DNA of 64,000 nt from NCBI GenBank assembly GCA_951406725.2, contig OX597814.1, positions 146,568,001-146,632,000 on the forward strand, read 5' to 3'. Source of the stretch: Octopus vulgaris. Lineage: Eukaryota. How positions within the stretch are numbered: the stretch's first letter is position 1; each line of letters opens with the position of its first letter. Below are positions 53,513 to 64,000 of this stretch, one piece after another. The translations under genes were made by a program, and so were the position numbers. The notes beneath the pieces are model-generated. The model was not told the origin of the DNA. It was given only the letters and a program-made list of their open reading frames with translations, and searched no databases.

Positions 53513-56017
53513 GGTCATTTTCTCTCTCCAAACATATATTCGTTTCCGCCTGAGTTCTCTTCGGTGTTGCTAACTTTTTCTTTCTACTCCAGCACTATAC
53601 ACCCTTCCGTTATCATTTTTTAACACTTTTCCAAGCCGTTCGCATGGATTCTTTTGATATTAACAGCGCTCCACATTTCGTCTCTCATCCTATACTCTCC
53701 TTTTACCCAGCACACACCATCAGCACACTAACACTTTCCCGCATACACCCGCCCTTTAATACCAACTTCTCTCACAACTTGACTCCTCTCACAGACACAC
53801 ACACAAAAACATGACTCAATTCTACTACCAACTTCTTAACACTCCAACGTACACCAGCACACTCAGACATACCATGCGCAATATCAGGTTGATGCACGCA
53901 TACCCACACACATCTACTCTCCGTACAGTTTATACCGACGCGTACATATACGCACATATTGCCATTCAGTAATCATATCAGTCTGATATACACGCATACC
54001 CACCAGCATACTGTTTTTCTCCTTTCTACAACACACATATTCACAATTGTTCATACGAGTACCATTTTTCACTTACACACTTTCCTCCATTCCACTACTT
54101 TCACTTTGCCATACCACTCTGTTTCACACATTCTCTGCCATGAACAATTTAGCTCAACTTATTAACTCTTTACTTCTTGACTAAGAGAAACATTAAGACG
54201 CTATCCTCTTTTTTATACGTCGATCTAATACAATATTTATTAAAATTGTACCACTTTTCTTATTGCTTCATTTAGTTTTCTTCAATGCCTTATATTTATA
54301 TATATGTATGTTTATATGCATAAAGTAAAAAGTTAAGTAAATGTTGACATATTTATGATTATTATGCGTTCATAATATTTAAAAAATGTAATAAATATAA
54401 TCAATTTAAAGTGTGCTAAATATTTGTATAAGACTATTGTTTTTAAACCCAATAGACTATTTATGAAATAAAATCAAAACCGTGACAATGTTATATGCGA
54501 AAGTATATAAACGTAAAGTGTTTAACTTAGGTTTCATAGTTTCTTATTTTAATCTCTTGTCAAGCATATTTTACTTAACCAATGAGCAAATATGTAGTTG
54601 TAATTTAGAATCTCTCACAGAGACCTTTGAATGAGGTGGAAGGTGGTAGGCAGAAAATATGCGACGCAGGAAGTTAAGCAAATACTGCTCTGTAGTTAGC
54701 TCAAGAATAAAATTCTTTAGAGCAACGGGAAAGAATTTTCCTCTCAAAATGTGGCGCAACAGAGGCAAACACAAGAACAATTTCCTCATGAACAGTTTGA
54801 ACATATTTTAAAACATCATGCTGAGAAATATAAACACACAGGAGAAGGAATGTTTTCTCCAAATATGGGGCAATACAGAGAGGTATTACAACAACATTCT
54901 TAAGTTTTCAGCTAATAACACCTATTTGTGTAAATTATTGTTGGCTGAATACAGGAAAATGTTTTTATAGTGTTACATGCTGAGAAAAGGACACATGGTA
55001 TACATTCCGGGAATAGGAATTCAGTCGTACTCCCTATCTCTAATAATCTCTCTCTTCTATATAATCGCTTAATCTCTACCCACTTTTCTGCTCACCTGGT
55101 ATGCAAAGGTCCAACCTGAGGCCTAAAAACCAAGGGCATTTATTTTTTTATCGCTTTACCCCTGTCATTGACATCCCGTCTTCTATAATGCGAATAACTG
55201 AAGAAACCTGTTTAGTTCAAGAGTCTCTTCACTACTGTAGCACTATTCTCATCTCTATTGTAACACTAGTCAGTTGAAGAGGTTTATCGCACTTCAGCCT
55301 TCTTGCTGACATCACTATTGTTGATGCAAGGAAAATGCATCCTCTGCGCTTTGTAAAAGGGTTGGTGTTAAAAAAGCATCCGATAGTAGAAACCAAGCAG
55401 ATATTGGATTATGGCGCAGGCTTTGGTCTCGTTGGATCCTATCAAATCGTTTAACCCATGCATATAATGATTTTAGAAAATTAAAATAAATCTTTAAAAG
55501 AAACGTTTGGGAAATACAGTAAGAAGCAGTAATTTGTATTAGGCCTTTAAAAATCAATGTATCGATAAACGTATTCGATAAATGCATTTATAAGATTTTT
55601 GCTTCAAAATTTTATGATGTACAACGAATTCCAAAATTGCTTTAAACATTGCTTTTTTTTGGGAGTGAAGCAAAAAGAAATCTACGTTAATACGCAAAAA
55701 GGCATAGTTGGGAAAACGAAAACAACGTACGTTCAGAAAACAGCATACAGGTGTTATTGAAACACATGTCTCAGTTGTGTTAAAGAAGTTGTTACACTTA
55801 GAATTTCCTCTATCTGAAGCAGAAAGGAATTTTGGCGTTCGTGCAAACCGACAAACGAGAAGTAGCAATCAAGCGTACGGATTTCTTCCTTTTAAGGTAT
55901 GTTCTCCCAGGCGGGAGTTTTGGTTGTATGCAAGGAAAATCATTGGTAATCCACACAACGAACCACTACTTAAAGCACATTTCTATCTATGCATATATAG
56001 AAATATAGATGCATATG

Positions 56018-56131
<114 letters not shown>

Positions 56132-56154
56132 GTGAGTGTGTGTGTATGTATATA

Positions 56155-56550
56155 TATATAAAGTGACCGGAATTTAGCAATATTATTTTATGCACTCCGT
56201 TTTACATGTTCACACTTTTACTGACTTCAAAGTATTCTCCATTTGAAGCAACGCATCTGCCCAGACACGTTATCCACTGTTCGAGGCAGTCCTGGAACTC
56301 TAGCGAAGTGATGCTTTTTAACGTGTCCGTCGTTGTTTCTTCTTTTCTTCTTCATCTCCTCCACATCTACAAAAGATTTTCCTGTAAGGACTATTTTCAT
56401 GCGGGGGAAACAAAAAAATAAATATAAAGTTGGAGGGGGCAACAGCCATTGAATATGTAGGGTACGTATGTGGGGATCATGCGGTTTAGTCTAAAGCTGT
56501 TTCAAAGCTGAGGTGTTGTGCGCTGGCGCATTTTTGTTAGCAAAGGAGGG
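56155..56550 (-). mobile_element. Mariner transposase C-terminal remnant
   Basis: FFCFPRMKIVLTGKSFVDVEEMK..FQDCLEQWITCLGRCVASNGEYFE. Confidence 0.7.
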
Positions 56551-56567
56551 GGGAATTCGCGTGCCCA

Positions 56568-58712
56568 TTGCAGTCCCTAGAGAATTACTCCAATGAACAC
56601 TCACACCGCATCAACAAAGTATTCGTAATAGAAGGGCTAAAATGCATCTTGGAGAATAACTTCTTCATAGTTAATGACAACTTCTATTGCCAAATCGAGG
56701 ACTGTTATGGGCATGCGAATGGCCTCCCTCCTTTGCTAACCTTGTCATGGAGTACCTAGAAATCAAACTTTATCGTAAGTTACTACAAAAATACGGAAAC
56801 CCATTCTCCCTCTACATAGGAAATAACTGGAAAAGATATCTAGGTGACTTTTCATTCTTTGGCACGAAAGTATAGAGAGACTTTACGAATTTCAATCACT
56901 TCTGAATGGACTTGACATAGACTATAAACCCACGGACTAGAAGCAATATCTGCCATTCAACTCTTGCAACACCAGACACATTAGAATGAATATCTCTTAC
57001 AACCTGGCAAAAAGGATGTTTACTATACTATCCGATACAAGCATCAGGGACAAACGTCTACATGAGGATACACTCATTAACAGGAACTATCCACCATCAC
57101 TAATTGATATAGGCTTTCAACGTGCCCTACAACTCAACAGCCACGAACTCAGACATCTTAGACTAAAGAAGGATTTACACCCATACGCCCAACCATACAT
57201 GTCCACGCACAGGTCCCTAAACAATGGGACCTTCGACACTATCCTCCAGAACATCGCTTTACTAAAAAGGGACCATAGAATGGATCATATCCTCCAAACG
57301 CACACCATCATAAAGAACAAAGGACAGCCTAAGTCAATAAAAGTCTTCAAACACATTCCCAAGCAGACACGTCAACAACATCGAAACCGACAGTAAAAGA
57401 AATTTGGATGACCTAACTGTGGTATATGTGTCAAACTAATTGAAGGATCGTGATTTTCCTTCAAACAGCGTCAACGTTTTACAGTGAACAGCAACTTCGC
57501 ATGTGCTTCGGAAAACCTAATATATGTATTGGAAGCACTCCGTCGGTTACGACGACGAGGGTTCCGGTTGATCCGAATCAACGGAACAGCCTGCTCGTGA
57601 AATTAACGTGTAAGTGGCTGAGCACTCTACACACACGTGTACCCTTAACGTAGTTCTCGGGGATATTCAGCGTGACACAGAGAGTGACAAGGCCGGCCCT
57701 TTGAAATACAGGTACAACAGAAACAGGAAGTAAGAGTGAGAGAAAGTTGTGGTGAAAGAGTACAGCAGGGATCACCACCATCCCTTGCCGGAGCCTCGTA
57801 GAACTTTAGGTGTTTTCGCTCAATAAACACTCACAACGCCCGGTCTGGGAATCGAAACCGCGATCCTATGACTGCAAGTCCGCTGCCCTAACCACTAGGC
57901 CTTTGCGCCTCCACAATATATGTATTAACTTGCGCGGTGTGTTGGTCGAAGTAAAAACTGTCTACACCAGAGGATGACGGTACTGAGATCTCAGATTAAA
58001 ATACGAGAATACAGAAAAATAGGATTAAGCGAGCACATCAACATTTGCACCACTAACGAACAACTCGACTTTAGAATTTTCCCCTCTATAAATTCACGGA
58101 CAGTGTAACCTATATTCAGCGTATCAGCAAATTTTATCGCAAAATGTAAACCTATTTTCAAAGACGCCTCTCCGACACCGGTAACTACTGCAGGAATTTA
58201 GAACAATTCCAACCACTACTACTACAACCACAATAGTTCACTTTTAGGTCATTAAAGAAGATTCCGCGTACAATCTGTTTCACAGCACTCCTGCATTTTC
58301 CTTTTCTTTTCTTTCTCCTTCACCCTCATTTTCCCCACTCCTACTTCTCTTTCTCCTTGTTCTGTTACCCATGATCCTCCTTCTCCTCCATCTTCTTCTC
58401 CTCCTCCCCGTCGGTTGCAATGAATTCTCTGTACCCAAACTGCAATGAATTCTCTGTACAAACTGTTCCTTCAGATTTACTACTATTCAACTATGAGGCG
58501 TTCAAAAAGGAAGAGAGAGGGACCCTATCTGAAGAATATGGAAATATTTACCTATTTAAAAACTATGGGAATATCTAGAAAACATTTAACTTAATTTTTT
58601 TCTCCAATTTAATTGTTTTTCTCATTTCACTCTTAGTCGAAAAAGTCTAAAATACGGAAACCGGTACTAAAATGTAGTTCATGATAAAATTGTTCTAGCA
58701 TTCTCTACCTTG

Positions 58713-58716
<4 letters not shown>
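56568..58716 (+). mobile_element. Decayed Penelope-like element (RT, GIY-YIG, pLTR-like 3' end at a (TA)n array)
   Basis: ILENNFF..DNFYCQI.., PSFANLVMEYLE, WKRYLGD, HIRMNISYNLAKR, LINRNYPPSLID, NFACASENLIYVLTCAVC (GIY-YIG start) and FRIFPLYKF. Confidence 0.8.
57531..57914 (-). mobile_element. Full-length tRNA-derived SINE with 12-bp TSD
   Basis: Box A GGCCTAGTGG, box B GGTTTCGATTCCC, 3' end CGTCGTAACCGACGGAGTGC. The TSD AATATATGTATT lies at 57519-57530 and 57915-57926. Confidence 0.85.
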
Positions 58717-58782
<66 letters not shown>

Positions 58783-60735
58783 GCACACATATTTCGGTGA
58801 AATTGGGAGGAGAAAGTCTGATGAAAGTATTTTGCCCTTTCAATCTATGTCGGTTGCAATTCTCCATTATTTAGAATTAATAATTATGTAGATTGAAGCA
58901 GTGTAAATATAACAATGTGCATGAGTTCGGCCATAAAACAGGACAAACTAGAATACTCAAGCATTCTCCTATGTAATGTAATGAAACAAGCATGTTATGT
59001 AATTTTCTTTCTGCATTGTAAAATTTTGCAGAAATTTCTTCTCGGAAATACAAATATTTTCATTCGTTATGTAATATTAATTAGGATTGCAAATGAATAC
59101 TTTCTAAATAAACAGCTAATTCCTGAACGATACACACTATAAACATGTGCACATGAAATTGAAAATTAAAAGTAAATAAATAGAGGATATAATGATGATA
59201 TTGATGTTATATATATTTCAATGACTTTCCTCTTGCGAACAAAAACAAGTCGTCATACAGTGATACCGGATATCTTTTAAATATAACTCATTCTCTTCGT
59301 TCATTAGTTAAACGTGTACATCGCAAATATTTATATTATTGATGATTTCCATGTTATCTCATAATGTCCGTCTTCAGATATATATGAGATAATTGAACCA
59401 CAACGTTATAATTTCAGAATTTATAAGCGATATCATCTTCGTCACAAAACATGACTGCCAGCGCAGTTCTTCTCGGAAATAAATTCATAACCATATAAAC
59501 GATATCTCATTGTTTTGAGTGAAAATTATCGCTGGGAATGATTGTCAGTTCAATTAAATTCGTGATTTGAACTATGATCAGATGGTATAATTATGATTAT
59601 TACTCGCTCATAAGATTTAATTTCATGCTGCTTACCATTTGAAATAAAATCGTACGATTGTATGAGATATTTTTTTCATTCATAGTTTTATTATTTACAT
59701 GCTTTTGTCTCTTGTTGTCCATATATCACACGATTTTCTAATGATTTTGTTTAACCATTAACTTATTTGAACTGATAGTGTTCTGTCGAATGAAACGCAT
59801 CGACTATAACTCGTTAATTTCTCTCATGCTGCAGGACATATTTATATAAGTATAAAAGAAGTTACAATTAAGAAAATACCAGTACAGAAATGCTTATTAC
59901 ACACACAAACACATGCGAGTGCACAAGCATACGAACAAACACACATATTTAGATTTGCAATAATATAACACAGAATGACATGATGTAAAGTCCTTTGTTC
60001 TGTATTCATGCAATAAAAAAAGAAGAATGCATGCGTAAAACGGAAGTAGAGCTGTTCATAATATGCATTCTAATGCGACTTCATTAGAATTACCCATATA
60101 ATAAAGCATAATATTCAATAGCATCTATAAATAATATTGATAGATGTTTAAGAAAAATGTTATTTAAAATAAATTAAGAAAGTAACACAGAGAAAGGAAT
60201 GTTATAGAATATTAAACTCGAAAAATTATTATGATGGTCCTTTTATCCAATTGTATGAACTCAGAAATTTTAATTAGTGAAACCTACTTTGTTTCGAAGG
60301 TGAGAGGAAGATATTTTTTCTGGCGATTTTAATTTCTATACACTTCCTATATAAAATAATAATTACTTTCAAATTTGGTGATACGCTTTATTTATTTTAC
60401 TTTTACTGAATGTTCACCATTCTCTGGTATTTATTTTTCCTGACCAGAGATATTAACGTTGCACTCATTGAAATAATCCATGTATTTTTCAATAAGATTT
60501 TTTTCTGTTTCATTTTCTCTCCTCTGAAATTTTTAAAAATTCTATCTCATTGTTGTCGCCTTCCTCCACATTTCCTGTTCTAAATGCTTATGTTTTTCTT
60601 TTAGCCAATATGTGAAAATTGTTTTTGGTAGAAATTTAAGAATTTCTGTTCAGCCTCCTTTGTATTCATTGAACTTTTCGTCTAGTTTATTATGTTCCTC
60701 TGTCTTACTGTGGCTATATTTATTATACCATCTCT

Positions 60736-60796
<61 letters not shown>

Positions 60797-61149
60797 CACT
60801 AAAAACTATGTACATTCATGTCAGTGTAATTACAGCAACTTCTCCTTTTCTATAACCTGCATTAAATGTCACGTTTTCAATATATATTACGGAGATGTAC
60901 ATGCATAGCGAGTGACTTGATCTGAGATCATGTGCTGGAACCAAAATTTAAATGTTGAAGTGAATCTAACGGTGTGTTTCTTAAATGGCTTATAAACACC
61001 TTCCATGCTGCAATTGTTTATATATATATACATACATATGCTGGATATATTATTTAATGAAGCAGGGTGAAAAAGGCATTTACACGAGACATTACGATTA
61101 CAGTTACACGACGTCAAACGCTCTCTTTCTGCACCTCGCAGTGAATTGC

Positions 61150-63358
61150 TTATGTTCTTTATTTGGCACTACGACCGCAACACAGAGGGGTGTACTACAA
61201 GGACAGACATAACACTACGATGAGTACATAAAATATAAAACGAATGAGAATGAGATGTATAAAAATGAGGAAATGAAATGCCTGCATAGGCCCCATTCCC
61301 ATGCAGTACCATTTGAACATTTATACACACTATTTTCAATCGTTCTATTTTTCTATTGTATTTTTCTTAATCATCTTTTTCCTCTTGTTTTACATGAAAC
61401 ACTTACTTTTTTCTTTTTTTTTTTCCTTTCAACAAACAATTTTAGTTACCATTTTTTCTCTCCTGTTTAATACCTCATGAAAGGCTTCAAGTCTCTTAGT
61501 TCAACAACGGCAGTTCATCGAACTCCACCAACGTTCCGGGCGGGTCAATCTTGTCTCCACACATGTCTCTCAGTCTTTGTATGTGTCTTTGTCGACCACA
61601 ACGGCCTGCACATTTTCGGAATACACATCCCTGGGCAATCTCACTCTTATGATATGCTTAAATTTTACAATTTTTCTTTCCGTCTCTTTGCCTTTTGTAT
61701 ATGTTACGAAATCCTATTTATGTTTTCCTTTTCTTGTTTTTTTTCTAACTACTTCCACTTCTGGTGCCTTTTCCATTTCTATCTCCACTCTGAACAATTT
61801 CTCCGTTTCACCCCACCCTCGTTCAGTTGCACTCCTGAATCTTTTTTCTTCGGTTTTTCCTTTTGTAACTCGTTCACGAACACATTTTCAATTACATTTT
61901 CAGTTTCTTTCTCCACCACCCTTTTGTCTTCCTTCCTTCCGGTCATTTCCACCTCTTCTTTCTTCTTTTTCTGGTTCTGTGGAGGCGAGCTCGCTCTTCC
62001 CCTTCTCCTTTTCCTTTCCAACACCATGAATCCCTCTTCCTTTGTTTTTTCTTCCATCTCCATCTATACCACCTGGTCCGCACTCTCCCGCTTTCAGCTT
62101 TCTATACCTTATCTATAGGTTTAAAAATAACTTTGTCAAATAACTCTGTAGTTGAGTTCCTGAATCTTCCGTCAATTCACCTGTCATCTTCATACTTGCT
62201 TCCTCCTTCTCTGACTCATTGTCACACACCTTAATTATTTGTCCACTTTCCTTTTCCGTCTCACTTTTATCATCTTTATTTCTCGTTACCTCTTTCTTTT
62301 CCACCTCTTCTTTCTTCTTTTTTTGGTTAGTCGGTGGCGGGCTTACCCTACCGCTCCTCCTTCTTTTGTTTCCACTAGAGTGAATTCTTCTACAGCTATT
62401 TTCTCATTATTCTCGACTGTCACTGACTGTGCGACATTTTCTTCAGTCTCTTCTGTTCTTTCCGTGAGCTATCTCGCCTTCATGTGTCCCTTTTCGCCAC
62501 ATTCGAAACACACAGGCGGCCTGCCCCCCACCTTCATTCTTAGTGTAAAAGCGTCAGGTAGCACTATCTCCTCTGTTATTCTGTTCAAATCTTCTACTGT
62601 TGCCTGGATTGTCAGCTCCAACCGGTAGCCCCAGTAGTCCAACTTGTTTGTTCTTCTGGCCTCGTTTTCCATGTTGTACAAAATGGCCTTCATTAGCCAT
62701 GCCTCCTCCAGCTGAGGGGGTACCGGACCCATCCGAACACTCACCACGCGTTTGCCGCAATATGATGGCAGAAGAATCCATTCTTCTGAGCGGATTGCTT
62801 CCGTAGCATGTGGCATATTTTCTGCCCCTTACTCTGAAGGTTATCACGTTTTTCATACTTTCTAACAACTTCTTAATCTCCTCCACATATACTATCTCGA
62901 TTCTCCTTGTAGCAACCTTTATGGTCTTGTATGTCACTGTCTTTTTCATAACGCTGTTCATTAGTTCTTCGGGTGGTTCAACATTATCTTCTCGCCTTCC
63001 TTTTTAAGCAGCTTCTCGCTAGCCTTCATCTTCCTGGGATCGACTTTTATTTCAAAAGTCTCCAATGCTTCTTTCTCTGCTTCCCTACCAGTTGCAGCTG
63101 CATAGCTGTAGCCGCCCGGTGGCGCCTTCTCCATTTTTCTCAATGGAAAAAAAAATTAACTCAACAAATGTTAACGATATTAACAGCAGCAATAATCAAC
63201 AATAAATTCACGTTCTACTCACAAATATAACTCAACTTCAATAACTCAAAAAGAACAGTGACCTGCTTACCTCCAATTGCTGATAGTTCTTTATTTTAAA
63301 GCAAAGCGTTAGTCCAGGTTTAATCACATGGGGTTTGGTTGTTGGTTGGAATCCTTCC

Positions 63359-63362
<4 letters not shown>
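61150..63362 (-). mobile_element. LINE-derived element with only a frameshifted ORF1 (gag-like, CCHC); no ORF2 seen
   Basis: SYAAAT motif, ILLPSYCGKRVVSVRMGPVPP, KVGGRPPVCFECGEKGHMKAR, and a K/E-rich tail. An A-rich tract (61407-61424) and AATAAA (61158-61163) lie on the minus strand. The 5' end abuts (TA)n. Confidence 0.65.
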
Positions 63363-63425
<63 letters not shown>

Positions 63426-63878
63426 AACAAATCAGAAAAATGGAATTTGTTTTCGTATTCTTCATTCTCCATTAAACGTGTTACATGTGCTAATAGAAAT
63501 TACAAAGATTTACATTTATATAGAAATGTAAGGAATTGCTTGTAAGAAAATTTTCGAACGCAATTTTTTTATAATACAAAATTACATTTGGATGAAGCGT
63601 TTATTTTTAGATATTAATCGGGAGAAACACAAATAGCCCAAGTGAAGGAAAGAGAAAGATATATACACATATTTGTCCAGATATACACATATATACACAA
63701 GCACATAAATACACAATGCATATGTTCATATACACAAGCAAACATCTATACCTTTTCGTTCATAAATTGTATACACACGCAGAAATACATACATAAAAAC
63801 ATAAATGCATATATATGCACACATAGACATATTTGTTTGTGTGCGTGCTTGTGCGTATTTACACAGGCATATATATAT

Positions 63879-64000
63879 AGGAGTGGCTGTGTGGTAAGTA
63901 GCTTGTTTACCAACCACATGGTTCCGGGTTCAGTCCCACTGCGTGGCACCTTGGGCAAGTGTCTTCTACTATAGCCTCGGGCCGACCAAAGCCTTGTGAG
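63879..64000 (+). mobile_element. tRNA-derived SINE 5' part (runs off the window)
   Basis: Box A TGGCTGTGTGG, box B GGTTCAGTCCC and core GGCACCTTGGGCAAGTGTCTT. Confidence 0.8.

Noticed and set aside
57840-57914. tRNA gene (also at 63879)
   Set aside because: The box A/B head continues into a SINE body (with a TSD at 57.5-57.9 kb), and there is no complete cloverleaf.
59340-59385. CTGAAGA...GAAATCATC on the minus strand
   Set aside because: No stem I and only a weak stem II.
61477-62118. 213-aa Phe/Ser-rich plus-strand ORF resembling a membrane protein
   Set aside because: Antisense of the purine-rich K/E tail of the ORF1 element.

Overview
AT-rich, microsatellite-dense eukaryotic DNA. The repeat landscape (Nin-type and other tRNA-derived SINEs, R4/Dong LINEs, Penelope, CR1-like LINEs, Tc1/mariner fossils) suggests a coleoid cephalopod such as Octopus; this is inference. 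No host protein-coding gene can be identified with confidence, and most ORFs in the track are microsatellite artefacts. The only intact long ORF (39699-43388, 1229 aa) is an R4/Dong-clade non-LTR retrotransposon (RT + CCHC + restriction-like endonuclease) lying in (AAT)n arrays. Two microsatellite-associated retroelement systems stand out. (1) (AAT)n arrays hold one intact and four decayed Dong copies, all on +, often joined tail-to-tail with (ATT)n-tailed Nin-type SINEs, plus a non-coding element with fixed ends. (2) (TA)n arrays hold short, non-coding, asymmetric fold-back elements. The best of these carry minimal type I hammerhead ribozyme folds (2219-2283 and 2520-2584; reconstructable at 34.2-34.4 kb), and further hammerhead-like folds lie at 24.55, 25.96 and 58.63 kb. 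These resemble non-autonomous Penelope pLTR or retrozyme-like elements. An apparently ORF1-only (HAL1-like) element is also present. All alignments and folds were read by eye.
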